Counted from the stretch's first letter, positions 34,989-46,459 are shown. The stretch is DNA of 64,000 nt from Histomonas meleagridis 2922-C6/04-290x (GCA_020184695.1 JAANOX010000235.1:102419-166418); one strand, 5' to 3'. Notes: generated by a model from the sequence alone, not told the origin. Numbers and translations: made by a program.

Positions 34989-37190
34989 ATGAGCGCTTTG
35001 TTAACGTACAAGAAAATGGAAGTGGATTTAAGTTGGGTTGATTCTCATAAACCAATTGTTTTGATGAATGGATTAAGGTCTTTTGAAAAATTAGTTTTGA
35101 CGAGAAGGATTAACGAGGAAGATATACAAAATATTTATCCACATCTTGTTACACTTTTTTGTTCACCAAGTATTTACATTAGAAGCTTAGCGTTAAAACT
35201 TTTTCATCAAATTTTAATAACAGATTTAGACAGTATTTCATTAACACCTTCACCATTTCCAAATTTATTTAAATGTTTGATTTCACCAAAACAAGAAATT
35301 TATAGCAATGCCATTTTATGTATTGATTTATTATTTAATGCAGAAAGTTCAGATATTTGGTATCCTCTGTGCGAAAAAATTTTATTCAATTCAAAATCCT
35401 ACAGACAAAAAGTCCATATTATGGAATTATTATCAAAACATAAAGGTGTTATTCCACTTCGTACATTGGTTAAACTTCTTGATGACCCAATATTTCAAAT
35501 TCAAAAAATAGCTGAAGAGATGATCAATGAATATGATACATCAAAAATCCAAGAAGAGCTAAACAAATCAAAGAACATCCAAAACAACAAACAAAATGAA
35601 GCCAAAAAGAAGACCAATCCACTGAAAAATCCACGCTTGTATAATTTTTCACCAACAAAACGGTCTCAAGAAACGAAAGAAAACAATAAAAAACAAAATA
35701 AAATTAATGTTAATAAAAAGCAAAATTCCAAAAGAATCAAAGAACAAAGCATTAAATCGACATCTTTTAATGATGAACATAGTTTTTATGTAAATAACGA
35801 GAAATTCTCAAATATTTCTGATAGTGAAAATGAAACAATGAACATAACATATAATAGCATAATAAAAGAGGAAAAATCAAATTGTTCACAAAACCCTATA
35901 AAATATAAAGAAAATGAGTCTCAAACATCACATAGTAAAAAGAATATTCAACAATCACCAACAATGCGAAACAAATTTTCAAGAATGATAAAACAGCCTT
36001 TAGCAATTACACTTAAAGATATGAAAACTCTTGATTTCCAAACCCGAAAGTTAAAATTAAAACAGATATACTATGCTTTAGTAAACAATCCAAACCTTAA
36101 ATATTCACCTGATCAATTACTTGATTGTGTACTTACAGCATCACAACCAAATAAAATTATATCGAAACTTATAATTAAAATTATTTCTATAATCATTGTT
36201 GAATATCCTGAAATAATTCCTATTTTTCTTGATGAAATTACTGCTTTTCTTATCCAAACTAAACAATTATTTCAAGCTAATGATGAAGTTTGTGATGAAT
36301 TAATTGAAGCATTATTAGTAGAAATTTCAGCAGAAGATTTACTTACATCAATTCTAAATAAAATTGGATCTAATACGCATAACATCGAAAAAATAATTTT
36401 TAAGATTTATCAAATAAATCCAAACATTAAACTTAATAGAAATGATTTATATCATTTATTGAGTTTTCTTTTTTATGGTGTTTATTCTTCAAATCAAAAC
36501 AATGAAAATATAATTGTTATAGTTTTTAAGCTGTTTCAAATAATATCTGAAAATCAACAAAAACTTTTTGCTGATTATGTTTATCAAATGCCTTTTGATA
36601 AACGAAAAATATTAATGAGTTACATTCAACCAAACATTGATAAACAACAAACTAAAGATATTCTAATTGGTTATGATAAAAACGAAGATCCTTTCGAAGT
36701 GATATTAAAAGAACTTAAAACTAATAACGAATGTAATTTTTATAAATTAGTAAACGCATTTAAATATGCAAAATTTCAATCAGAAGAACATAAATTTAAT
36801 GTTTTTAAGAAACTTATTCTGTTTCTTTCTCATTTATCAGATGAAACAATTAATGAAAACATCGAATTTATTGAAAAAATTTGTTTACATTTTGATTCGC
36901 CAATGTTTTTATCTATATTGGAAACAAATAAAATAACTCCACCTTTGATCACTGGTTTAACTATTTTCTTATGGAATTGTAATGAATGTGTGTTTAATGG
37001 TGCTGAAAAGTATTACCCAGTTTTATATAACTTGTTTTGTAAAATGGATGGGAAAAGAAGATCAGATATAATGTTAATTTGGTATTTGATTCAAAATGAA
37101 ACACATATAAGTTATGATGAATTTGATAAGATTCCAAAGCCTCATCAAAAACTGATGCTTCGTCTTCTTGATCAGTTTGATAATCAATAA
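34989..37190 (+). CDS. Hypothetical protein with N-terminal HEAT/TOG-like helical repeats
   Basis: 733-aa ORF; helical N-terminus, basic low-complexity middle. Confidence 0.55.
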   Translation: MSALLTYKKMEVDLSWVDSHKPIVLMNGLRSFEKLVLTRRINEEDIQNIYPHLVTLFCSPSIYIRSLALKLFHQILITDLDSISLTPSPFPNLFKCLISPKQEIYSNAILCIDLLFNAESSDIWYPLCEKILFNSKSYRQKVHIMELLSKHKGVIPLRTLVKLLDDPIFQIQKIAEEMINEYDTSKIQEELNKSKNIQNNKQNEAKKKTNPLKNPRLYNFSPTKRSQETKENNKKQNKINVNKKQNSKRIKEQSIKSTSFNDEHSFYVNNEKFSNISDSENETMNITYNSIIKEEKSNCSQNPIKYKENESQTSHSKKNIQQSPTMRNKFSRMIKQPLAITLKDMKTLDFQTRKLKLKQIYYALVNNPNLKYSPDQLLDCVLTASQPNKIISKLIIKIISIIIVEYPEIIPIFLDEITAFLIQTKQLFQANDEVCDELIEALLVEISAEDLLTSILNKIGSNTHNIEKIIFKIYQINPNIKLNRNDLYHLLSFLFYGVYSSNQNNENIIVIVFKLFQIISENQQKLFADYVYQMPFDKRKILMSYIQPNIDKQQTKDILIGYDKNEDPFEVILKELKTNNECNFYKLVNAFKYAKFQSEEHKFNVFKKLILFLSHLSDETINENIEFIEKICLHFDSPMFLSILETNKITPPLITGLTIFLWNCNECVFNGAEKYYPVLYNLFCKMDGKRRSDIMLIWYLIQNETHISYDEFDKIPKPHQKLMLRLLDQFDNQ

Positions 37191-37706
37191 AATGTATATT
37201 TAGTGTTGCTTAATTTTTTTAACATTTTGAATTTGGCTTAAAGATTGATCATTACCAAACATTATATTACAGTCACTTTCCTTTGTTGGATAAACAAGTT
37301 GTTGGTTCTCTTTTAAAATCCTATTTTGTGAAACCGATCAACTTATGAATTCTAAATGCGTTCCGCTTTGTTGATCACTCGGAAACGAAGTTTTGGGGAT
37401 CTGATCCAAGATTACTGCATTTTTACCCAAAACTTTTATCATGAGGAATGAATGCAACAAATAGATATAATTTTCTTGGTGTTCTCTTATTGAAATCCCA
37501 CCAAAAGGAGCCATCTCAATGAATAAGAAGCATTTCACAATTACTTCATTAGAGCACTAATTTACATATTCTATAAAGGATAATAAGAAACAATAGTTAC
37601 AATTTATTATTTCCTTCATTCAAAACACAAAAGTTTCATTTTAATTAATTCAAAACATTTCAAACTTATAAAGAAATCCAAGGTTTAACATAATATTAAC
37701 ATATTG

Positions 37707-40700
37707 TCAGTTCGCCAAATCAGATATCACATCTCTTTCCTGTCTTTCATTACTTCTAATTGTTTGGAAGTCGAAACAAATCATTGGCTTCAGTTCGCCC
37801 ATCTGATCAGTCCTCATCATTATGTTGACTCCTTTACTTTTCAGGTCGTTTAAAATTTTTTCTTTTGCTTCTTTTTGTGATTTGCATTGTACAAAGTATG
37901 TATGCGAATAAACGCATTTAGTGTTTTCACCAACCCATGACGTATAACATTGTTCGACATTATTTGCATTATCTTCATTTTCATTTTCATCGACAAATAA
38001 TTTTTCGATATTTGACCGCCATTTATTTCGTTCGAAACTTGTAGAACTTCCTTTAGGTACTAAGAACTTCAATAACAAGTTACCAAATGGCGCATATAAC
38101 ATTACTGCATCAAGTCCATGTTCCTTATTGAAATCCCATATAATATTTGAAGTTTTACATGAAAACTTCATCTTAAACTTGTCAATAGTCTTTTGTATTC
38201 CCATTATAATGTTATTTTTGAATAAGAATATTTCGATTTTCCCTTTGTTCAAAAAGCTTTCCATACTTCTCCCGAAAAACTCGAAGTGCTCGACATATAG
38301 TCCTCCTTCTTCATGCATTAAAGTTTTTATTCCCCAATTTTCTGATTCGGAAACAATCGATGGAGCGAATTTGTTATTCGAGTTCTTTTTAGGTTTTGAG
38401 AAATTTTTCAATTCAAATTGACCGTGCGTCAGTAAAACGTCATCGACGTAAAATGGCATAGTTTCGCCGTGTATCGTCGTAACGAATTTAATTGTTTGAA
38501 GTTCTTTTTGAGACTCGACGATTAATTTCCTCTCATTAATAATCCTAACAATGTATGCGAATTTTGCGTGAGCCTTACGTAAGTTTGGTAAGTCCAAATG
38601 CTTATCAGGTGTTGCATTAATGATAGCCTTAATTAATTCAGGATAATAAGTAAATTGTTGAGTCGGTACAATTAATGCGTCATCAACAGTTAGTTTAGAA
38701 TAACCACTTGGCAAATTTAACAATTCGCTTAATACTGGTGAATTTCTAATGATTAAAATCGTTTTATCATAAATAGCGGCTATTTGTAAAAATGGCAAAA
38801 ATGCATCTGCGAAATATAACAAAAATGATCCTATTTCTGTAGAAGGCTTTAAGTTGGAACAAATGTCCTTAAATCTTCTTGCAAACAACCTTAACAAACG
38901 ATGCATTTGTTTCACTTGTTCCATATATAACCGTATTGTTGGGTTTGTACCGAATTTTTCGGAGAAATTACAAATGCAATTTAATATTGGAACAGCATTT
39001 AATTGCGTGCTAAGTAATTCGTTGATAGCACTTGCTCTTTTTTCAGGAGATTTAACATAATCGAGAATTTCATCATTCCCATTTTGTCTTGCGTACGTTG
39101 ATATTACTGGGTCCACAATAAAGTTTGCACCATTTTCGACCAAAACTTTAACAATTTCTTTGTTTTGGCTATTGATTGCATGATGTATAGCAGATAATCC
39201 ATCCGGACTAACTAATGAAGGGTCTCCTCCCATATCGATAATTATTTGTATGATTTTTACCGCTTCGTTTTTGTTTTCATATTTTTGATTTATCGCATAT
39301 ATTAATAAGCAAATTCCTTCTTTGTTATATACATTTGCGGAATATCCTTTTGAGAAATGATCATTTAAACTATTTAATGTTATCGGACTATTAAATATTG
39401 GAAGTTGTTCATATTCCGATATCACCAACGAACAACGTGTGTTTTTTAATTTCGATGAGAATTGTAATGGCGTATCATTATCAATATCCTTTTGACTTAA
39501 AAGTTCTTTAATTTGATCGAACTCTAATAATGGCTTATGATTATTTTTTGTACTAATTAACTCTGTAAGTGCTTTAACATTTTTATTATCTGAACATATA
39601 TGTAATATGTTTTGTTTCTTACTATTAGTAACATAAATATGCGCTTTGTTCTTAATTAGTAATTCGAAATTAGTTCGGAAGTCATCAGATTCATGTTTTA
39701 ATAATTGGATTAACGCTGTTTCCCCTTCATGATTAATACAATTAATCGGAATCTTTGATGTTTCGATTGATGATTGAAGTCCTAATGTAGAATTTAATAA
39801 CGCAGAATAATGTAATATAGTATTACCCATTTGATCAATCGCTTTTGATAATTGTGGACATGCTTTTAAGATGATATTTCGTGACTTATCACTTTTATGT
39901 GTGGTCGTTCGAAAGATTAATGGTTTCCCATGATCTAAAATTGAAGGATTCATTCCATAATCTTCGATAAGTATTCTTAAGACTTCTTCTTCCTCTTTAA
40001 TGACTGATGAGATTAAACATTTTTCTGCATTGGGTTCAAAGTCTGTGATTTTTTGCGTTTTCATCTTGTTTAAGATCGTCATCGCTAATTCGGTTTTGTT
40101 CTCTTCAATCGCATTTTGTAATAACGTTTTATGATCTTTGGCTAATACTTTTAATGGATATGTGCCTTTCGATAATAAGTGTTCCATCATTAATGATGCT
40201 AAATGACTATCATATGTGATGAGCTTCTTACTAATAATTGATACTTCATAAAATTGCTTCGGATTTAAACTCATCACTGATTTGACCATTTCGACATTTT
40301 TGGATGCAACAGCACATGCAATGATTGTACGACCTTTAGCATCAAGTGTCTCAAAGTTCGGTATCCCAACACAAAACATTTGGAAAAAGGCATTAACGTC
40401 GCCTTTAAGTGCTGCAAAGTGATAAGCGGTGGTTTTTCCAGTGAAAAAGTTCGGATTCGCTCCTTTTTCGATGAGCGCAGAAATAAACTGGATATGCTTG
40501 TAAGAGATGGCATAAAGTAATGGAGTCATTTGGTGGATATCTACAACATCAATAACTTTCTTGTTGTATGATTTAAGAAATAATATATTCCCTTCAATCG
40601 CTGCTTTATGAATATCACACAATGTAAAGGATTTGCCAGTGGTCCCCCATTGAGTTGAACGCGCAACGACATCGGAAATTAAACTGTTTTGAGATCGTTT

Positions 40701-41495
40701 ATTGATAACGGCACCATGTCCATAAAGATATTCAACAATCTCTGGAGAGGTGGCCATCTCTATTGGCGTCTTCTCCATTTTTGGATTCTTTGATTTAAGA
40801 TTAATATCAACTTTGAAATTATTATTTGACGGAATTAAAACTTTAAGCATTGGAAGATTGTTGGCTTGAACTATATAATGAATAAGACCAAAACCATCGT
40901 CGTCATATGAGTTAACATAACTAATATCCATAGCTAACATGATAACTTTGAATGAATTTAATGAATCATTATTAAGACATAATTTACCAATTTCAACAAA
41001 ATTGGTGGAAATGTAACGAATGGATGAGTATGGTACAAGAAGTTCTTTGAGTCCAAAAAAATAATTTGTTTGTATGGCAAGTTTGATTGGATTGATTTTT
41101 TTTTCGTTCTCAACAATAGCAGAAGCTCCATTGGCTATTAAATTCCTAATTGCTTGAATGTTCTTTGTTTTTGTTGATATAAATAAAGGAGTTTGTAAAT
41201 GTGAATCAACTGCATTTAAATAAATAAATCCGCTAAGAAGAATTCTCCAGTTGGTAAAGTTTGGTGACGCTGCTAAAATATGAAGTAGATTTTGCTTTTG
41301 ATCATCAACTAAAAAATCTAAACCATATACAGTTGTAAATGAACTCTCAATTTGTTGTTGGAGATGCCTTCTATCTGAGTTCATGCATATATCAATGAGT
41401 GTCGAAATGTTTGCTTCCGCAAAAGAAAAACTCATTCTTCTCCTTGAATTGTCACAAGAAAAGTTTGTGTGAAAAACCGATTTTCCCCCGTTCAA
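37707..41495 (-). CDS. Ankyrin-repeat RhoGEF (DH, probable PH-like) protein
   Basis: Many uninterrupted ankyrin repeats (TPLLYAI, TAYHFAA, SAIHHAI), then DH motifs ELLSTQ..LIVPTQQFTYYPELIKAIINATP..LRKA. Confidence 0.85.
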   Translation of the reverse strand: MNGGKSVFHTNFSCDNSRRRMSFSFAEANISTLIDICMNSDRRHLQQQIESSFTTVYGLDFLVDDQKQNLLHILAASPNFTNWRILLSGFIYLNAVDSHLQTPLFISTKTKNIQAIRNLIANGASAIVENEKKINPIKLAIQTNYFFGLKELLVPYSSIRYISTNFVEIGKLCLNNDSLNSFKVIMLAMDISYVNSYDDDGFGLIHYIVQANNLPMLKVLIPSNNNFKVDINLKSKNPKMEKTPIEMATSPEIVEYLYGHGAVINKRSQNSLISDVVARSTQWGTTGKSFTLCDIHKAAIEGNILFLKSYNKKVIDVVDIHQMTPLLYAISYKHIQFISALIEKGANPNFFTGKTTAYHFAALKGDVNAFFQMFCVGIPNFETLDAKGRTIIACAVASKNVEMVKSVMSLNPKQFYEVSIISKKLITYDSHLASLMMEHLLSKGTYPLKVLAKDHKTLLQNAIEENKTELAMTILNKMKTQKITDFEPNAEKCLISSVIKEEEEVLRILIEDYGMNPSILDHGKPLIFRTTTHKSDKSRNIILKACPQLSKAIDQMGNTILHYSALLNSTLGLQSSIETSKIPINCINHEGETALIQLLKHESDDFRTNFELLIKNKAHIYVTNSKKQNILHICSDNKNVKALTELISTKNNHKPLLEFDQIKELLSQKDIDNDTPLQFSSKLKNTRCSLVISEYEQLPIFNSPITLNSLNDHFSKGYSANVYNKEGICLLIYAINQKYENKNEAVKIIQIIIDMGGDPSLVSPDGLSAIHHAINSQNKEIVKVLVENGANFIVDPVISTYARQNGNDEILDYVKSPEKRASAINELLSTQLNAVPILNCICNFSEKFGTNPTIRLYMEQVKQMHRLLRLFARRFKDICSNLKPSTEIGSFLLYFADAFLPFLQIAAIYDKTILIIRNSPVLSELLNLPSGYSKLTVDDALIVPTQQFTYYPELIKAIINATPDKHLDLPNLRKAHAKFAYIVRIINERKLIVESQKELQTIKFVTTIHGETMPFYVDDVLLTHGQFELKNFSKPKKNSNNKFAPSIVSESENWGIKTLMHEEGGLYVEHFEFFGRSMESFLNKGKIEIFLFKNNIIMGIQKTIDKFKMKFSCKTSNIIWDFNKEHGLDAVMLYAPFGNLLLKFLVPKGSSTSFERNKWRSNIEKLFVDENENEDNANNVEQCYTSWVGENTKCVYSHTYFVQCKSQKEAKEKILNDLKSKGVNIMMRTDQMGELKPMICFDFQTIRSNERQERDVISDLAN

Positions 41496-42656
41496 ATTTA
41501 TTCCACCGTTAACTCATAACAAAACAACGAACTTGAAACATCTTTTTGAATACGAGCTTAATTAGTTACGATCAATTCCAATACAAATTGAGGCGGGTTG
41601 TTAAGTGAAGTAACTTAACGTGTTTTTTAGATTACAGTAAAATTTCACAAAAAGAAATTGACTAAGTTTATTCGAGTCCCAGAATGAGGTTACATGCAGA
41701 ATTAAAACAACATACCTAATATAAATTTGTATTGTCACTTTGTTTTATATTCTCTGTTCTTCTATTTTATAGAAAATAATTGGAGGTAGCGACCGGTTGT
41801 GAAATTCTTGTACTTTAAGGGTCGCTTCCAGGTACGATCAAAATCAACTTTTTCAATACTTCCGATTAAACCCCTTAACGTACAGGAATTAAACAAAAGT
41901 GGGTATTTTAAAGGGTCTACTCGAACGACGATCAAAATTAACTTTTTGAATATTTGGGAAAAATCTTTGTTTTTTTTTATCGATTTTTTAGTATGAAATT
42001 AATCCTTTTAAATAATTTTTTATATCCTTGATTACCATCGGCTAAACTATGTATTGATAATATTTAATTGAATTTTCATTGACAGCAATTTGATCTTCAT
42101 TGCATAACTGAGTGTAATCCAATATATTATATTAATTTTAGAAGTTTATTACCAATACTTTCTTTCAGATTATTTATACTTTTTCATGTCCATTGTGAAA
42201 GAATGAATTAAATAGCAATTGCATTATTCATTCCAAACGGGGGTCATCAAAATCAAAACCTTTTAACTATGAAAAGCCTCAATCATAAGTTATTAATGAT
42301 TGATTTGAGAAACACGTTTAATGAAGAAACCGTTAAAGTGAAATGTATATAAAAAAGCTTTTTTCTCAATTGTACCCAAATTTAATGCCATTTACAACAA
42401 TGTAATACTTATGATATGTCAGTGTTTATTCAAAATATAATTATATGTTTTAATATTCAATGATTCAGAGATAAACATATAATTTAATTATTTCTTTTTA
42501 TTACACATTTTCACGAGAACGTTTATACAGACATCACCAACAAAAGAGTAACGTTACTCTTTCAAAATTCATACAAACTGTTTCAAAAAAACAATTGAAT
42601 AGGACGGTTAACCGTTGCTTCACTTCACCCACATTTTTTGATTTAGAGAGCTATTA

Positions 42657-43541
42657 ATGAGCTCTTCTGCAAGTTTTCAACAATTTGATGAAGGGCACAA
42701 AAAGGCACGTGACACATCTAAAATAGTGTTAATCGTTATTAACGTTATTTTCCTATTAATAATTATCGGACTTGTTGTTTCCCTTTTCCTAGTTTTAACA
42801 AAAACAAAAGCAAAAACTGGTTTACCAGTTTCACAAGTACAAATCATCCCAATTCTTGGCAGTTATTATGGGAACGAAACAAAAGGTGCTGCATCACTTC
42901 AATTCAAAAATGATATGTTGCATTCGAAGTACTATACGATGAACGATTATTACAACATGAAATCAGAGAACGGGCTGCACATTCTTCATCATTTCAGGAC
43001 TTATCAGCAAACTTCTTCATATACCTGTGGTTGTGGCTGTATAATAATGGCGCTTGATTATCTCACACACCAAAATTCTACATTAAACGAGTCATATTGT
43101 GCAGAAATTGCTGACATTGGCACCGACATCCACAACAACTCATACGGAAAGCTTGGAGCTCCGCCTCAAAGCATTGAGAATGCTTTAATAACTCTTGGCT
43201 ATGAGACGATATCAAATCGAAATGTTGGAGAAATGCCTTTCAACGATGAATTGTCGTTTAAGAATTGGGCGATTCAGATGATTGACCAAGGATATCCAAT
43301 CATTGTTCACCACATGGACTGGGGCGGTCACTATCTTGTTATCATTGGAATTGATACAATGGAAACAGAAAGAACAAAAGATGACATTGTAATTGTCGCG
43401 GACCCTTCTGATTCAACTGACCATCGGCAAGATGGATATAACATATGGGGATTGGAGAGGTTTTATAGTTTATGGGGAGTTCCTTCCTATAATTACCCAG
43501 GTATTGATATGAGATATGAGTTTATTGTTGTGAAAGGATAG
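42657..43541 (+). CDS. Membrane-anchored C39-like (papain-fold) peptidase
   Basis: N-terminal TM helix; QQTSSYTCG (Cys), GGHYLVIIG (His), VADP (Asp). Confidence 0.75.
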   Translation: MSSSASFQQFDEGHKKARDTSKIVLIVINVIFLLIIIGLVVSLFLVLTKTKAKTGLPVSQVQIIPILGSYYGNETKGAASLQFKNDMLHSKYYTMNDYYNMKSENGLHILHHFRTYQQTSSYTCGCGCIIMALDYLTHQNSTLNESYCAEIADIGTDIHNNSYGKLGAPPQSIENALITLGYETISNRNVGEMPFNDELSFKNWAIQMIDQGYPIIVHHMDWGGHYLVIIGIDTMETERTKDDIVIVADPSDSTDHRQDGYNIWGLERFYSLWGVPSYNYPGIDMRYEFIVVKG

Positions 43542-43663
43542 AAAACAAATTGAGCAAAAACACATGTTAGTAAATAAAAAGTTTGATATAAGTCAAGTTA
43601 TAGGAAAACTGATGTTTCTTCATTAATTTTCATCTACAAATTATTTTTTGATATTTTGGTGCG

Positions 43664-43960
43664 ATTTATTTCATTTGAAACTTGTAGAACTTCTTTGGAC
43701 TTTAAGAACTTTAATAACAAATTATTAAAAAAGCATATAGTATTACTGAAATCCCAATTAGTATTTAATGTTTGACATGAACATTTCTTCTTGAACTTGA
43801 CAAGAGTTTTTTAATTCCCATTATAATGAAATTTTACCATAAAAATATTTAGATTTTTCTTTCGTTCATACTTTGAAATAAACTCGAAAAGCTTAACATA
43901 AAATTCTTTATTTAGCATTGGTTTTTTCCAATCCTGATGCAGAAATTGTCATATCAGTTT
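43664..43960 (-). pseudogene. Degraded copy of the RhoGEF 3' region
   Basis: Aligns with ~38020-38350 (shared GAAACTTGTAGAACTTC, TAAGAACTT.AATAACAA, ATTCCCATTATAATG, AAACTCGAA), with indels. Confidence 0.75.
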
Positions 43961-44121
43961 ATATAAGTTTAAAAACATATATAATAAATGGGCCAAAATA
44001 TTTTTAATGACTTTAATTAAACATAAACAAAAATTATTTTAAATTTTTATAATTTATTAATTTATTAATCAGATAAAATAAACCTAAAATAAATTGATTA
44101 TTGAGAATCCAATTCATCAAT

Positions 44122-45300
44122 TTATCCAATTATATATTTACTATAAGGGATATACGAAATAATTTTAATTACAATATAAGTACAAATGAATGTACATATT
44201 GCAATTGCAGGTACGCATATCACACAATGCTTTAAATTTGGGTCGAACAACATATGGAATCCATCCAACACCAAAATATGTGCCAAGTACATTCCATATG
44301 ATTTCAGTGCTATATCCTGAAATATCTTAACAACTATTTTATTATTACATTGGATTTTCCTTAACAAAAGAAACAAACCAAAAGTCATGCAAACAACATT
44401 AATTGTATCATAGTTCCAACTTAATTCCAAATCGAAGGCGCTTTTAGTGCCAATAGACAACAAATATTCGAAAATAATTGTCGTAGCTACATAGCCAACA
44501 ATAACAAATATTGCTCCAAGCCAATACAAATCATATTGGCCAAGATGGAGCTTAACGAATGAGCCTAAAACGGCATATCCAACATGCCCTGTAAATGGAA
44601 GTAGACTTGGAGTGTTATTCCATGATGCTTCGCCCCAAATATTTGGAAACTTTAAGTGAATATATGGAATAAAACCTGTAATAGCCCAAAATATTAAATA
44701 ATATATAAATTGCCCTTTGGTTGCAATTTTAATCCATGGTGAAATAATTGGTGCAAATAAATAAATGGCTAATAACATATAGATATACCATAAGTGACCA
44801 ACTTCAGTACCAAAATTAACAAGAATTTTAGGTATGGATAAAAATGCGTCTTTCAATGTTATCCGTCCACGAAAATAAAAATAAAATGCATAGACAATAC
44901 ACCAAAAGACAAACGGATATAAAACACGTGTTAACCGAGTTTTTAAAAAGGTAGGTATGTCGGTTTTAATAGGATACAATAAATATCCTGAAATCATTAC
45001 AAACAATGGTACACACGTTCGTAAAAGTGAGTTATAAAGTCCAACATATATTGGATCATCTCCTTCTCGAACAGTTAAATCAGGGCGAATATAATAATAT
45101 TCACCTGAATGTATTTGCATAACCATGTAGCAAGAAATAACGCGAATGAGATCAATTCCAAAATATCGTGGTCGTTGTGTTTGCTGATCTTGATTCGTTG
45201 AATCAATTTGAAGACTAGAAAGATTAGAATTTAGTTCAATATTTGTATATGCTTGGTTTTTTTCATGATCGCCCAAAAGATTCTGATTGTCTGTGGGCAT
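44122..45300 (-). CDS. Acyltransferase family 3 (OafA/WecH-like) membrane O-acyltransferase
   Basis: IDLIRVISCYMVMQIH, VPLFVMISGYLL, RVLYPFVFW, GHLWYIYML, SYGMYLAH; ~10 TM segments. Confidence 0.9.
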   Translation of the reverse strand: MPTDNQNLLGDHEKNQAYTNIELNSNLSSLQIDSTNQDQQTQRPRYFGIDLIRVISCYMVMQIHSGEYYYIRPDLTVREGDDPIYVGLYNSLLRTCVPLFVMISGYLLYPIKTDIPTFLKTRLTRVLYPFVFWCIVYAFYFYFRGRITLKDAFLSIPKILVNFGTEVGHLWYIYMLLAIYLFAPIISPWIKIATKGQFIYYLIFWAITGFIPYIHLKFPNIWGEASWNNTPSLLPFTGHVGYAVLGSFVKLHLGQYDLYWLGAIFVIVGYVATTIIFEYLLSIGTKSAFDLELSWNYDTINVVCMTFGLFLLLRKIQCNNKIVVKIFQDIALKSYGMYLAHILVLDGFHMLFDPNLKHCVICVPAIAICTFICTYIVIKIISYIPYSKYIIG

Positions 45301-45664
45301 AAAGACCTCACTTTCTGTATCGGTTATTTGGCAAATTATGTAAAGTTTTAAAAATATCAGAGATCTTTTCTCATGCTTGCTTAATTCATTTCATAATAAA
45401 ATCTATTATTCTTACGCAGGCTGAATATAATTTCAATATATTCTCTTGATATAAAATTTAATTTTGATTTTCCAAATATATTTCCATTTGGATTTTTCCA
45501 AATATAATCATTTAACAAATGTAAATTGAAAACATTATTCTACCTAAGTATTTGGAAAAGTATTTTTCTTTTCACTTTAAACAAAATCTAATATATTCCA
45601 TGAAATATCAACACAAAGAACACTACAATATCCTGACCAATTATATATTCAAATTCCTTTTCAA

Positions 45665-46459
45665 ATGAGCCTTCTTTCTCGAGCATTAGAATGTGCCAAA
45701 AAATCTTTGGTATCAAAAACTGCTTTTATGCTTTTTCTTAAAGATAAGGAGAAGGTGATAAAAGATCATGGATATGAGTTTATTTTTCATTATTTTGACA
45801 AATCTGTTTATAAAGAAAATAAGCCTATTGAAACGCATACTGTAAATGACCCGCTTCTACCTCCATATCCTGAAAATGTTGAAGTTGCTCATCTTGAATC
45901 TGGAGCAGATCATTATGTTTTCATTAATAAATTTATGGTAGCTCCTGGTCATGTCGTTATTTCTGCTGCAAATCCAAAAGCGATTCAAGGAGATGATCTT
46001 GATGAAAAAGATTGTAGTGCTTTATCTCAAGTAATTAATGGATATAATTTCAAAGGTATTGCATACTATAACAGTGGCGTTCAGTCTGGGTGCTCACAAA
46101 TGCACAAACACATGCAATTTGCTCCTCTTTTAAAGAAGCCGATGTTTGATGTAATGAAAAACAAAGAAAAACTACCATATAAATACTTTATCACAGAACT
46201 AGGAGACATAACTCCATTTCATATATATAGCGCGTACATGGATTTGAAAAAAAGAGCAAATTACAATGGATCATACAATTTTGTAATTTCAGATGGAACA
46301 GCAATAATGGTTCCGAGAAAGCTTGCAGGACATCCATTGGGAGTAAATATCAATTCCTTAGGAGTGTCAGGACATTTTTTCCTATTTGAAGATTGTAATC
46401 CAAAAATCTTAAAAATGCCGTTTAGAATTCTCCAGGATCTTTGCGTTGAAGACAAGTAA
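45665..46459 (+). CDS. Ap4A phosphorylase / ATP adenylyltransferase (APA-like)
   Basis: NKFMVAPGH and YNSGVQSGCSQMHKHMQF (HxHxQ); CCTTT (M5) at 45656-45660. Confidence 0.85.
   Translation: MSLLSRALECAKKSLVSKTAFMLFLKDKEKVIKDHGYEFIFHYFDKSVYKENKPIETHTVNDPLLPPYPENVEVAHLESGADHYVFINKFMVAPGHVVISAANPKAIQGDDLDEKDCSALSQVINGYNFKGIAYYNSGVQSGCSQMHKHMQFAPLLKKPMFDVMKNKEKLPYKYFITELGDITPFHIYSAYMDLKKRANYNGSYNFVISDGTAIMVPRKLAGHPLGVNINSLGVSGHFFLFEDCNPKILKMPFRILQDLCVEDK

Noticed and set aside
37338-37538. Minus-strand fragment with YSLRWLLLVGFQ resembling a TBC/RabGAP motif
   Set aside because: Single short motif flanked by stops; unsupported without a profile search.
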